From the NCBI GenBank assembly GCA_964234715.1, contig OZ174279.1: a stretch of DNA of 64,000 nt. One strand, 5' to 3'. This stretch comes from Podarcis melisellensis. Lineage: Eukaryota. A program made the translations under genes and the position numbers. Shown here in pieces: positions 11,857 through 25,239 of this stretch. A model generated the notes under the pieces. It made no database searches and was not told the origin of the DNA. It was given only the letters and a program-made list of their open reading frames with translations. How positions within the stretch are numbered: position 1 is the stretch's first letter; the number at the start of each line of letters is the position of its first letter.

Positions 11857-12199
11857 CTGTTCATTGTCTTTTTTTAATGAAATACAAATATCACAAAATG
11901 GGCAATTAGGCAAGAGTGGTCCATCCAGTTATATCAGTCATAGCTCAGGAGGTGGAATTTCATATTTGTTAAGAGGATAAGAGGATGGGGCGTAGGCTTT
12001 ACAAGCCAGTGAAAAGCAAGATCCCTGGATCACGTGTGGCTCTTTCTAATCACTAGATCTACAAATGAGATCAAGCATCTTCATCTGTTTTGAATACATT
12101 CCATCATTTTCAATATAAAAACTGGAAAAGTGCTACAAAATGTTTTCATCTTGAGCATGGGGGTTGGAAGTACAGTTTCTTCAACTATATGTCGCCGCG

Positions 12200-12340
12200 G
12201 ATATGGTCTCACGGCACAGTAGGCCACCATTTTGCTGAAGCTAAGCTGATCTGGGTTTGGTTAGTGCCTGGATGGATGTAGATGAAATCCATATTTCTTC
12301 TACTCAAGTCCCATCTTGAAAGGTTACAAACATAAGAAAA
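12200..12340 (+). mobile_element. Degenerate 5S rRNA-derived SINE or pseudogene
   Basis: GAAGCTAAGCTGATCTGGGTTTGGTTAGTGCCTGGATGG (12237-12275) resembles the 5S internal control region GAAGCTAAGCAGGGTCGGGCCTGGTTAGTACTTGGATGG. Confidence 0.6.
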
Positions 12341-12714
12341 TACATAATCACAGCAATTTGCCTCTTGGTTTCCTGCACTTCTGCACTTCTTCAGCCTTTG
12401 TATATTTATGCTAGAGGTTTGAAATGGTCAGGTGCCTTTTAGCTAGCTACACAAAGATTTGGCACTGGGAGTAGCAAGGAAGTAGGCATAGACCCTAAAG
12501 AGTGACCTACTCAACCCCAACAGATTCCAATATATAAATGCATATTTCTGTGTTTTGTTTTGTTTTGTTTTAGTAGTACACTATTTTATTTGACAAGTGG
12601 CCAGGAACTTGATCATTTAGATCCACTGGCTACCTGAACTGCAGCTGCATGCCCATATTTACTGTACCATGGTGAAAGCAGCTTTATAATGTTACAGGAT
12701 GCTTTTTATAGATA

Positions 12715-12948
12715 CAGTGCTACCTCGGGTTAAGTACTTAATTCGTTCTGGAGGTCTGTACTTAACCTGAATCTGTTCTTAACCTGAAGCACCACTTTAG
12801 CTAATGGGGCCTCCTGCTGCCGCCACAGCCCGATTTCTGTTCTTATCCTGAAGCAAAGTTCTTAACCTGAAGCACTATTTCTAGGTTAGCAGAGTGTGTA
12901 ACCTGAAGCATATGTAACCTGAAGTGTATGTAACCCGAGGTACCACTG
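12715..12948. mobile_element. Tc1/mariner (pogo/Tigger-like) MITE
   Basis: TIRs CAGTGCTACCTCGGGTTA / TAACCCGAGGTACCACTG, TA on both sides, and internal TAACCTGAAG subterminal repeats. Confidence 0.88.
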
Positions 12949-15900
12949 TATGTTCTCACACCCCAGTCTGTGTTAACCAAAATGTGTGAGATTATCCATA
13001 AAGAATGAGAACTTGTGACAGCCCTGGCAGGTATCATATAGACATTAAATATGAATATTAAATAGGAATCAAACATTAATCAAAATATTTTCACTACATG
13101 TTCATATTAGCAAGAAATATTAAAAATACAAGCTCAACCCAGTTTCCTTCCCTTTTGCAATTTTTTTCAGGAATCAATCAGGTAAAAGACAAATGAACAA
13201 ATAACTGATTATGTTGACAAATACTGATTAGAAAACACAGCTAAGTGGAAACATTTGGCTGAGAACAAGGTAGAAAAGGCAAACATGAGAAACCACCTAT
13301 ATTAAGTTGAATTTAATATAATATGAATCTAAATCATATTTTCATCCTTCCTCTTAATACTTCTGTGAGGTTATTCAATCTGAACATGAAGGAAAGATGA
13401 CTAAATAGGCTGTTTGGGGGGCAAGAAATTTGCAAACGTAAGTGAACTTGTCCAGCAAGCATTCATGCAGAGGCTTTGGTATGTACAATCAATCTGTAAC
13501 AACACGAGCATGTTTCAAGTGCAGTTCCTGTATACATAATTTTATGTGTATCGCTGATGAACAAAAGTTACCAGCTGGGCCTGCCAAGATTCTCTCTCAA
13601 GCACTCATCAGCCCAACATACAATGCAAATTCACCAAATAGTTGAGCTTTTCAGACGCATCATTTGGCATGGATAGCTATAGATGCCCTTCATTGGTTCC
13701 CTTCTTTCAACCAGCCCTTGGAGCTAGAGTTACAGATTAGAGCTGCTGTTTCAGCTATTTGCTTTGCAGCTGTTCCTGATGCAAAGAACATTTAAATTGA
13801 CATTAATAGATAAGACTAGCAAATGATTCATCTTAGGTCCTCAGCATTTTCTTTTTTACTTTCCTGTAATATAATTTGTACACATATGCAAAAAGTGTGT
13901 ATCTTAATATAGTTTCCAAATTTTGACTTGTGCGTTTGCAGTAGGTTTGCCTGGGAAATGAGCACTTATTCGGGCAAAAACTGGTATCACTTAAATTGCT
14001 CCTGTTACAAGGAAGACATTCTGGGCCACTTGGCTCATGTCCATGAATGTTAATCATCCGACCATCTCGCTTGTGCTTCCTAGTGAATGCTTTTGAGAGT
14101 CTCAGATGGTATCTGCAGAAAAGCATTTAAGCACATGTGCAAACTCATTTATTTGTTCCTGAAATGCAGCCAAATTGGCCAAATGGCATGAAGGAAGCAT
14201 GAAAATTCTGAACATGCCCTTTGGGTTGACATTGGATGCAGAATAAGACTCCTGAGTTAGAACATTGGCATGGAAAACTTGCGTCTTTGAAGTAGCAGTT
14301 TGATTCCTTCCTGGTGCCATTAAAAATAATCAGAAGTGCTCACAAACATTTTGGCAACTGGTGTATCTGTTATGAAATGGAAAGTATTTTACAGTTATTT
14401 ATTATAGAAAGCACAGACACACAGTCAGCAGATAGGTTCTGTACTTTAGATGCCTCCATGCTTGAGTATCAATATATTTGCAGTTGCCCTTTACACAGTC
14501 AATCTGGCTATTTTATAATAATTGTATAGTTCTCATTATACCAGATCTGACACAAAGTGCCAATAATGCTGTTGAATCTGTTAGTTCTGCCTTGCTTCTT
14601 TCTAGTAATCATGGCTTTCTACATTCTGGTGTTACATTTGCCTGCATCATCTGCTTTTTCTTGTTCCGCTGTAATGTCTTATCTACATTACCGAGGCATT
14701 GTTTTAATAATCCCAGTGCAGAAGATGGCTTTGCTCCTCCATACATTCTTGTTAACTGGTTCCAGACAGGGACAATGTTTTAGAGAGTGGCACAGTCACG
14801 GCTCCATTTCTGCAAAGGTCCCACTGTCTCAGTAGCCCTGCCATTCTCACCTTGCATATAGAGCACTGCAAGCACAGACAGAGGGTCATGCAGGGTGTTA
14901 GAATAATTGCATGGTTAGAAAGCCCATGTGTTCTTGTTGTTGAGAAAAGTGTGTTGTAATTTTCATGGGGATTGCAGTGCACGGAGAAGGGAGATTTAAC
15001 TCTCCCTTGCCCAGGCCAGTGGCTCCAGTGATTTTTACATTAGCATTGGATTTTGCACCAGAGAAGTGGTGTCCTTTCTTCTAGCAACCTGTCTGCATGG
15101 TGCAGAACTCCAATAATGTCTGAATGTGATGTGGGGTAGACAACAGTATGCTTTTTCTAGGTGATCGTAGTATTAAGTGGGAGAATGTATCCTACATTCT
15201 CTTAAGATTTCTATCAGCTCTTTCTTACCTCATAAAATGGGAATGAGATTGTAGAATACTGAGCTGACAAAATGGGCTGTTTTAATTTAATGCGTTTCTA
15301 AACTTTTAATTACCGAGTCTTTACCCAAGTTTCTAAACTTCAGGTTACAGGTGAGGGCTACAACTTTTAAATGTTTCTCCGTGTTTAAAATCCCTGCCGT
15401 TATACAGCTAGTGCAATGAGGATAAAAATCAGCCCAACCTAGCCTAGTTCATGATATTTTACATTTTTCTTTATAAAGAGAGGTTTTTTTTAAGTATCTT
15501 TCAAAAATAGCGTGCGCGCGCATGCGCGCACACACACACACATCACTTGAAGTAGAACAATACTCCATGCTGCTACATGTGGAAACCAGGTCTGTGTGAC
15601 TAGCCCCAGTGCGGGCTTTTATTTCTCCTAAGGCTCACTGCAGAGCGTAAGTGTGTGGAGTTTGGCTGAGGAGGAAGGGGTTAAATTGACCCTCACTGAG
15701 CACTGCCATTACAGATGAAAATGAACCTGGTATTGGGTTGTTTTTTTAAAGCAACAACACCTGAATGTGGCTGCTAACTGTTCAATTAGAATGATGTCTA
15801 ATTTAGGCTTCAGACAACTTCAGTGAGTTGGATAAGGCAGGTTAATCCAAACTTTATACCGGGGTGGCGGTGGTGGGGAATTGCTAAGGGATTGTGACAG

Positions 15901-17787
15901 CTGTCCTTGAATGGCTGCATTCATACTTCTGCTTATAGTGAGCAACAGACTAATTACTTAGCCTTAGGAGTAAACCCTAAGCGTGAACAAGCCCTGTAGC
16001 TGAAATGTTTTTTATAAACCAAATCAAAGACAGATGGCTTGCCCGTCAGCACTCACTTGAGACATACTTTTGTGGTCCTAAGGGAAGTACTTCACTGAAA
16101 CAAAAAAGCTGGCAAGACAACAACCCTGGTGAGGTGTCTTGCTGACTGGAAGCGCTATCAGTGAGCAGCCCACAAATCAACTGACATCATAGCACGATGG
16201 TGTTAATAGTGTCATGCTGCCCTTCATTAAAACATACGGCTAGAAAAGAGGTTTTGCTAATGAAAATATTACTTGCACAAATAAGCAGGGGTCATAAATG
16301 ATGTCATAGAATCATAGAATTGTAGAGTTGGCCATTGTAAAGGTTGTGGTAAAGCTTCGAATGGCCCCGCCCACAGCAACTATGCCACACCCACCAATGT
16401 AAAAGTAAAAGTACTCCTGAAGGTGTGGAATGTCAGTTGCAATTCTGCTTGTGGCTGAAAAGGTCCCTCTGTATATTATTGGACAGCTAATATGGGATGA
16501 TGGTGATGATTTAGTTTTTCCTGATTTGCTGTCTGCTTTCTGTTACTTTTGAAAATATGACAAGATAAAATAAAAATAAAAAGTAGATAAAATGCATGGG
16601 AAACTTTACCTGAAACCCAGATAAAATACTGATCCAACCTCACTATCCTCGGTACTAAACTGTAGAACAAATACAGTCTAAAGTATATTGGGGGAAACAC
16701 AGACCAGATAACATGTGACGTTCATCATGACTGTCTTATTGGAGTCAGTGAGATTTATATTAGCCACAACTGAGTCCCACTCCATTACTCTCAGTTGTAC
16801 TAATCTTAACTCAGTTTTGCTGAATGAATGAATTTGAAATGTTTATTCATTTCTTTTATAAATTAATGAGTTGTGTTCTCTGCTACAATGGCACCCAAAT
16901 GGAACTGATAACAAAAACATAAAACTATAATAAAAATGCAGTAAAATACTATTTTAAAAACTGGGTTGGACTGCAACTTAGTCCTGCTTAGAGTAGACCC
17001 ATTAAAATCAGTTGGAATTAAGTAAGTCAGGACTAAATTTCCTCATTGGTTTCAGTAGATCTACTCATAAGTGAGATCAAGTCTAGATCCAACCCTATGT
17101 CCCCAGAAGTTGCATTGAGTGTCATGGAATTTACTCCCAGGTAGTATAGGATTTCAGCCTAAGGACAGCAGTAAATTTAAGAGTACATCAACATTGTAAA
17201 CAGTCACCAGTAAACTAGGTATTTCTCACAACTTCTGAGTGGAGTTAGAGCCATTATTCTCATCTTGGATATGCATTTGCAAGACCACTTCTGTGAATCA
17301 GTTATCCTTTTATATGGCATAACTCCGCTTTCCCCACTCAGCTGGAAAGAAAGGGAATGTGTTTGGACAAGCATAGCTGTGGATTCACCCTCCTCTTTCT
17401 AAAATGTTAAAGACAAATACCTGCTCAGCTGTCCTTTTCATTTTTACCATGAAACGTATTCTAGATGTCGACAGGGCTCTCCAGCAATCTGCCAGTGTTT
17501 TCTTGATGGATCCTGCTTATTTACCATCTGATTCACTTTTCCAAGTGTTGCCCACCACCCTCAATATCTGATACTGACTCAGAGAGAGTCTGCCTGAAAT
17601 GGTACTTGAAATATTTACAGAGATGATTTCACTGGAAAATGGAGTGATCTGACTGTTTTATCATGTAGAAGGGGAAACACATTGGCAACAGCAAAAGCTT
17701 GCATTGCTCATAGAGGAACTGATAATGTAAACTAGACGTTCACATTGTCCTCAGGTGATCTCTTCCCTCTCTTGTTCTGATTTTCAG

Positions 17788-18468
17788 ACAGTGAAATTAT
17801 TGCTCCAGATTGTCTCCGTCCAAGATCCTTCACGGCTATCCGGCGGCCTTCACTACGCAGGGAGACTGAGGACACCCGTCTGTCTGTGAGCCTTTGCGAC
17901 CTCAACCTCCAGGAGGAGAACTTCCATGTCATGGCTGCCATGTGTCCCATTCCACAGAATTCCCTCAACTCTCAACATTCCCACCTCCTCCCATCCCAGC
18001 TTGAAAGTGACCTCCGTTTCCATCAGCTCAGGGGAGCCCATATTAAAATCCTGGATGACCAGACAGTGGCTCGCCTGGAGCATGCTCGAGAAGAGAGAAC
18101 TTTGGTTTTCACCAGCAGGCCCCTTAGAATCAATGAGACCATATTTGTCAAGATTAATAAATCCAACACTTCACGTACTGGGACACTCTCTTATGGGGTG
18201 ACCACTTGCGATCCCAGCACCCTGAGGCCCAGCGACCTTCCTTATAATCCAGAGTCTTTGGTTGACCGGAAAGAGTTCTGGGCAGTTTGTAGGGTGCTGG
18301 TGCCTCTCCAGAGTGGAGACATTTTGGGATTCATGGTGAATTCAGAAGGCGAACTGCACTTGAGCCACAATGGAGCAAACGCCGGCATGCAGGTGTGCGT
18401 GGACTGTTCCCAGCCACTGTGGATGTTCTTTGGTTTACATGGAGCAGTCATGCAAATCCGAGTCCTGG
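17788..18468 (+). CDS. NEURL1: NEURL1 internal coding exon (second neuralized homology repeat, NHR2)
   Basis: Acceptor ttttcag|AC at 17787/8 and donor G|gtatgt at 18468/9; 681 bp, phase 1-1. Translates (D)[25 protein letters not shown]...[22 protein letters not shown]...LVFTSRPL...DRKEFWAV...[19 protein letters not shown], closely matching recalled vertebrate NEURL1. Confidence 0.96.
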
Positions 18469-20943
18469 GTATGTGTGCCTCTTTCCACATGCAGTGTTAC
18501 ATAAGTGGGGGGATTGGGCTGAGTGGGCTAGTGGTAGCACTAGAATATAGCACTGGGGTGAGCAAAGAAAAGGCAAAGTAGGTTCTGTGGCAAGTCCTGT
18601 CTTGTTTGCACTGGATGTTGGAGGTGAGAGAATAGAGAAAGCAGGGTTGCTTCTCAATACCTGCAGTTCCAGCTAGTGCATCCCATCAAGACTGCCAGTG
18701 GTGACTTTCCAATGGCAAAAAGGGTAAGTAATTTTTATTTATTGAGGGTTATGGAGACACTCGCCTTCTCTTTTTTCCCTATTATCCACAGAATTGAACA
18801 GATTGAAAGAAAATAATATAGCTGACCACTGGCTTCATTTAAACAGCATGTGCAGCCAGCATTTCAGCAAAAAAAGAAAATAAGCAAATGGCATTATAAC
18901 GTTAAAATCTCACACATTTATCATTGAGGTACACCGTGCTATAGTACATGAGCAAGGCTTGTAAGGGTGATAGCATTTGAAGTAAACAGCCTAACATTTC
19001 CTTATGTTGCTATAAAGTGAGAAGTTAAGAATCCAGCCATGCAGTTTAATATATTACATAGACATACTATTATGAGTGTTCATTCTTATGGCTTGTTACC
19101 AATGTTTGTCTAATATGACTTGAATTCCAGAAAGTAGTTATTTGCTCTGAGAAATCTAGTCCTTACTGCTTTATAGCTTCTCCCAAACAATAATTTTATG
19201 CCAAAAAAGAACAGAGCTAACAAGCAAACTTGCATTTTGGGAACTGTGAATGGCATGTTGTGATGATGTTAATGATTTAGACAGTGTATATACTACTTAG
19301 AAAAACTATCATTAAGTCAGCAAGGGAAATGTGCTCCTCAGCACTGTAGAAGTAGAGCACACAGCTTTTAAAGAGTCTTTTTAAAAATGAGTTAATAAGG
19401 AAAGGAAAAGAATCATGAAATGGTGGGCCATTTTTCTGCAAAAGGAGGGAGTATCCTTGGTAGTGTCATATCCCTTTTCCTAAAGTAGTTCTGGGATTTT
19501 GAGGAGATTCACAAGATTTCAGGGTCTACATGAATGAATGCATTCGTTTTGATACGGCTCAGTAATAGTGAGTTTTTATGCCGCAGATCAGTTATGAGAA
19601 GGTGACACCTGTGTAGTTGCGTTCATCACAGAAGCAGCCTCATTCCTTAAAAACAACAAAAAAACACCCTTCTTAAGACTTGCAACAATTGTGTTATCTT
19701 GGAAAAATGCTATTAACCAGCAACTTAAAATGAATACACCACAAGAGAAGTTTGGCAAATGCAGACAATGAATGCACATAAATGTGCCTAATGGGTCTCT
19801 TCCTTTATGTAGCATTTGTTCTGGGGTGCCCCCAAGTTTTGTGAGCCATGTATTTAATTTTGTGTTTAGGAAAATGGACTCATTAAATAGGCAGAAATGT
19901 AGCAGGCTGATCATCTGAGGCACATCACTGCCTAAAGTATTCAGAAAACTGCAGGGCAGACAGCACTTTAGTGTTTTAATAGAAATATGTTTGGAAGCAG
20001 CAGCTTTGGGGTTTCTGGTATATGTCTAAAAACATTTTTTTATTAAAAAAATGCCTTAAGTGCATCTTAGAAAGGCATTAGCTGTGTTAAATGCTGTGTG
20101 AGCCATTCCATCAGGCTCAATTTTATTTTTATTTTTATTCTCTTGTAAGCTAAGTATACATTAGTAATGTAAATGATTAGCAAGTATTTCTCGAGGGGGT
20201 TTAATCATCACGTGCTAAAGGGCTGTGCACTGACATTGCATAGTATCCTGAGCAGATCTTCATTTTTAGCATCATTTAAAAGTGAAATTAGTGCAAATTG
20301 GAATCTGCCCCTTTGCAATTTCTGTGAAGATGGGGAGCCTTCCTTGAGGAGAAACATGCAGTGTGAAGAGGCTTAGGGCTGGCTTTCCATTTCCTTCTCA
20401 ATGTGTTTTCTTAAATTATGCTAAGAATGCCTTTTCATCTGGAATGTCACTTGTGAATATTGCTAGTAAAGGATAGAATGTAAAAGAGTTGCTGCTTCTA
20501 AATTGATTGGAGAACTATGCTTTTTCTATTCAGAAATGAGTTTAGGCATCACCCGTGGAAACATTCGTAGTCAGTGGCATTGAAATAACTAAAGCGGGGA
20601 TTAACAACCTGTGGCCCTCCTGACAATTGGCCATTCTGGCCGAGGGTGCTGGGAGATAGAGGCCACAGATTGCTAATCCCCAGACGGCAGGGCAATAATC
20701 GTATTAGGACTCAATCCCTGCAACATCTTTATAGTTTATCTGTTCCAGAGGTTTCAGAGTGTCATTTTTCTTTGCCACTCTCTCCCTTTCTTGCTTCTGC
20801 TCCTGATTGTTTTGGTGTCTAGTTGTTCTTTCCCCCTAGATAATCTGTCCTCTTAGAATAATGGCCTCAATCCAGCTATAAATATGGGACCATCAGTTGC
20901 ATTTAACAACTATTTGCCTCTGATGAGGATGCATATTCTAAGT

Positions 20944-21067
20944 CAGTCATGGCCAAACGTGCCCCTCCAGCTGTTTTTAGACTACAACTCCAATCATCCC
21001 TAGCTAACAGGACTAGTGGTCAGGGATGATGGGAATTGTAGTCCGAAAACAGCTGGAAGGCCAAACG
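20944..21067. mobile_element. hAT hairpin MITE (same superfamily as 8484)
   Basis: CCAGCTGTTTTTAGACTACAACTCC...GGGAATTGTAGTCCGAAAACAGCTGG foldback; right end truncated. Confidence 0.75.
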
Positions 21068-22703
21068 GTATTTAAAAAGTATATATTCCACTTATGTGGT
21101 AATGTAAAGAACTGAACTTAAGGTTGAAAAAATTAGAAATGAAGAGAAAATTAACAGATTGAGTTTGACAAACAAAAATGATATGAAGTTATAGTCAAGG
21201 GACTTACACACCAGGCATAAACCTTATGTTCTCTCCTTCTGTGAGACTGCAAATTAATCGTCTTCTTCATCAGAATAATAAAACAGCTCTGGCTGAAATG
21301 GGATGTTAGTAATAATTATATATTAGCTCCTTATGCCTTTGCCTGGGTATATTGAATAAATTGGAAACAAGATAGTTTATCATCCTCTCTGAATTTTGAT
21401 GTGCCTGTTCATGGTGGCCAAAGCTTCCCCATTTCTTGCACAAATGCTGGAATGGGTTAGATTTTTCTGCATACGTGCAAGTGACAAAATGGACTAAATT
21501 TCCTGGTAACAACCAAGTTGATGCATCCAGCAAAATCTGCAGTAATTTTTAAAGCAGCAAACTTTTTGATGTGCTGTTAGTGAATTAGTGGGAGTAAAAT
21601 AACTCTGAGCAAAGTGCTAGTCTATCCTGATCTACTGGCTATCTTAACCTCCTTGGGTTTGTTTTGACCTAAGGTGGATGTTCTATTAGTGCAAGGATTT
21701 CTTCTTGCACAACAGAATGTCACCCCCCCTCTACTCCTCCCATGCCCCCCTTTATCTGTTCTGGGGACTCTCTCAACCTCAAGAGGAGATTCATGGATTG
21801 CATAAGGTGTATGTGGGGTGAGAAGAAAGGGAAGTCCCATTGTGCTTGAGCTAATCTGTGCACTAGCACTTTGATTTAGTTGAATATTGTCTGTAGGCAA
21901 AAATGTCCAAGTTGAGTGAGTCTGGCAGGAAATGCTATTCAGGCAGACATTTGTACATATCTGAAGAAAGCGAAATGAGTATGAGCTGACGTTTGCTGCA
22001 AGTGTTGATGCCTAGACATTAGAGGCTGTTGCCACAACAGCAGTGAAGGAGAATGGCCATTTAAACTACGTTTATTCATGAACTTTGGCCACCTGAAGCA
22101 GCTGCCTCAGCATACCTCATGGGCAGGCAGGCCCTGTTGACAAGCGCCTAAGTAAGCATGCGTAAGCATGGATAAGCTCATCATGAAGGCATTATTGCCC
22201 AAAAGAATACAAGAGAAGAGGGAATATATTAAGAACAAGTTGTGTTCTGATTTTACCTATGAGACTGAGCATTGGGAAAGTGCTTGTTAGCCCCCTGACA
22301 GTTATGCTATGGGATTCTGCAGGGCAATGTTTTATCCCCACTTTTGAGACTTATGTGAAAGGTTATTCATACATTAATGCTAATCATAATCAGATAAAGA
22401 TAGCTCACCCAGTGCATCCCAGGGAACCTGGCCTTGCCACTGTACCAGTGGACTGAATGCTGTCTCAGCAACCAATCTAGCCCCTTCCTTGTGCTGTCAG
22501 CAGGTTTACATCTTTTGCATTGAAAAAATCATTGTCCAAACTTCATGCTTTTAGCCATTCATTCATCCCTTATTAACTTTCTCAAAGCGCGAAGCTAATC
22601 CAAGGATGGAGGGCTGCGTGGAGAGTTTTTGTGACAGTGGACTTGAGAGGCTAGCCACCTTGTACTGTGCATAGCCAAGTTCTTATTCAAGCTTGCAGAT
22701 CTG

Positions 22704-22705
<2 letters not shown>

Positions 22706-22739
<34 letters not shown>

Positions 22740-22747
22740 GTGTGTGT
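22706..22747. repeat. (GT)n microsatellite
   Basis: GT run with one CG interruption. Confidence 0.95.
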
Positions 22748-23919
22748 TTTCCATGTTTCCTCCCAGAGTTCCACCCTGGAGAAGAAACATACCTGTTTGG
22801 ACTGAGAGCACAGAGGCCTCAGTGCTCTAAAAATATTACTTGACCTTCTTGGACATCATAAGTTCTGCCATCTTGGCAGCTTAAGATCTCTCTGAGCAAT
22901 CAGCCTGGAACATGGGTTCCAGCTCTTTGTGTATATAAAATATTTGAAAATGTCAACAAGCACTTTGACAGCATGTTATGAATGAGTACAGTACATCTCT
23001 AACTGAATCTCAGCAGAGTCTAGGAAGCATGTTCCTGGCAGCAGTGGCAATCACAGCTGCCACTGAACACCATTTTTTCATGAATGCTAGATCAGGACCA
23101 CAATGAGAGGCAAAAGATTGAAGCCCTGCTACCTCCATGCTAGAGTCCTTTTCTGGTATGGGTGTGGGGGCAGAATCAGCAGTTTCCTTTGGGAAATGTG
23201 GGTGTGGTTTGCCCTAGCAACCTGACAAAACCCACCACTGAGGCCTGTCCTGGATCTGGGAATCACCATTTTAATTTGCAGAATTTTCCCCTTTTTAGGG
23301 GAAATGGGCTGCCATTTTAAATTCCCAGAATGCCCTGAAGCTACAGTACATTGGGAACATTATGGGGACTTAAAATGGAGGCTCCTTGATTCCACTGTGT
23401 GAAGCTGCCCAGCATTCCTGCTGCTGCCGTCGCCACAAGATAGACAAATTGGTATTTCTCTGATGCACGGACATATAACCCATGCTGCTCCCTGCGTATG
23501 GAGCCTCATTTAGGTCAAAAATATGAGAGGAAGCCTTTTGTTTTGTATACTTCTTGGCTGCTGTTTAATGTCTCTCTCTTTGTTGTGTGTATATGAGATC
23601 TGTTCTCTTGCTAGGGTGTTTACAATATACAATGCAATTCCCTTCATTTGAACAGATTGGAGGAATGGGTGTGGGGTAGGCTGCCTCCAAGAACATTCAG
23701 ATAGCAGTCACTGGTGCAAACAGGCCTGTTTACACAGGGTTACGCACAGGACTGCAGCAGACCATCCCATGACACTGATAATAGTGGTGGTTGAGAAGAA
23801 ACTCTAAAACGTCTAAGAAAGTCTCAAGTTTCCTGGAAGCAGTAAGCGGGATGCACAGAGAAAAGAAGGAACTGCAGCACCACAGATGGCCCTGAGTTGA
23901 CCATACTGTCCCAATGTTT

Positions 23920-24085
23920 TCGTAGTAGGGCACCTACTTTTCATGCAAGAAGTCTCTGGTTCAATCCCTGGCATCTGTAGGTAGCTCTGGAAAATATCTT
24001 TGTCTGAGACCCTGGAGAACTGCTGCCACTCAGTGTCAACAATGCTGAACCATATGGGCCAGTGGCTTCCTGTGTTGCACCTCCC
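23920..24085 (+). mobile_element. tRNA-derived SINE
   Basis: B-box-like GGTTCAATCCC followed by TGGCATCT...AGACCCTGGAGAACTGCTGCCACTCAGTGT. Related copies lie at 25765-25960 (-) and 37281-37430 (+). Confidence 0.65.
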
Positions 24086-24300
24086 CATCCCGACACATTA
24101 TGAATTGTGGCAGTCAGAGTGGCTTCCACATTTTGCTCTAGGCACCTTCAAGAAAGTACTGCATTGATGGGCCTCTTGTGCATATGCCAAAGACCTTCAA
24201 TGCACTGAAGAGCCTGCTTAAAACAACAACAACACTGTTCCATTACATATAAACACTTTGGGTTTTTTCCAATTGGAGCAATACAGGATTCATGGAAGTA

Positions 24301-24551
24301 CAGTCATACCTCAGGTTAAATGTGCTTCAGGTCGAGCGTTTTCAGGTTACGCTCCGCAGTGACCTGGAAGTAATGAGTGTATTACTTCCGGGTTTCGCCG
24401 CTCACTCATGCGCAGACGCTCAAAATGACATCACGCGCATGCGCGGAAGTGGCGAATCACGACCTGAGCACGCGCAGACATGGGTTGCTTTCGCTTCAGG
24501 ATGCGGACAGGGCTCCGGAACGGATCCCGTTCGCATCCAGAGGTACCACTG
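24301..24551. mobile_element. Tc1/mariner (pogo/Tigger-like) MITE with CpG-rich interior
   Basis: CAGTCATACCTC ... GAGGTACCACTG termini, with TA at 24299-24300 and 24552-24553. Confidence 0.85.
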
Positions 24552-24718
24552 TAATATTTTCTAATGGAGATCAACAGTTGCCTTCCAATGAAAACAAAAT
24601 CTGCCTGTGAACTTGGTTGGGAATGGTCAGCCTGCTCAGCTTTTGAGCCAGAAGCTATTGCTTCCCCCTTTCTCTCTGCCCATCCTGCCCACCCACTTTA
24701 CTGAACTTAATGCTAATC

Positions 24719-24721
<3 letters not shown>

Positions 24722-24750
<29 letters not shown>
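24722..24750. repeat. (AC)n microsatellite
   Basis: Perfect AC run. Confidence 0.95.
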
Positions 24751-25239
24751 GCAGAGCTGCATTGGCTGCCAGAACAAAATAGCCAAGGATTCTGCCATGA
24801 TTAGCCAAAATCTGACATTGAGTAACGGTCCATTAGAAACAGCTGCCTTTCCTCAGAACGTTGTCCTCAATGACCTTGGCATTTTGCAGTGTTACATGGG
24901 AAGCATTACTTATTTTATTGCCATTTATATCCCCTTAAAAATGGCAAAATCAACATAGCAGATTGCTAAACCAGCAATGGCAAAGAGCTGAAACAGTTAC
25001 CATAAAGCCTAATATTGTCATAAGGTTTGTTTCCAAAGAACAAATGTTGGAACACAGCTTGGACCCCGTTGCCTCCCCTGGCCTATAAAATAGGGTTCAG
25101 GAATGGATTTGGGACTGCTGCTTTCAGTTCTCTGTTAGGATTGCCAAGCCCAGACTTTTGAGATGCCTCTTTTCCTTTAAAATGAATGTAAAAAGGAGAA
25201 TTTGAAAGAGTATGGGATTTGTTCCACCATAGTGATGTA

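Noticed and set aside
12770-12935. Spaced TAACCTGAAG repeats that superficially resemble a CRISPR-like array
   Set aside because: They are irregular subterminal repeats inside a TA-flanked MITE in a vertebrate intron.
14105-14150. GGTATCTGCAGAA... resembling the missing 5' half of the hammerhead
   Set aside because: CUGA is broken (CUGC) and no proper helix II or GAAA follows. Likely a chance match.
1-17787. Upstream NEURL1 exons (NHR1)
   Set aside because: No NHR1-like translation was found, so these exons probably lie upstream of the window.
18469-18581. In-frame extension of the NEURL1 NHR2 ORF (MCASFHMQ...KEKAK)
   Set aside because: It lies past a strong GT donor and has no NEURL1 similarity. 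It is simple intron read-through with no evidence of retention.
23920-24085. Possible tRNA genes (also 37281-37430) and 5S rRNA genes (12200, 36565)
   Set aside because: Too degenerate to fold as functional RNAs, and followed by SINE-like bodies.
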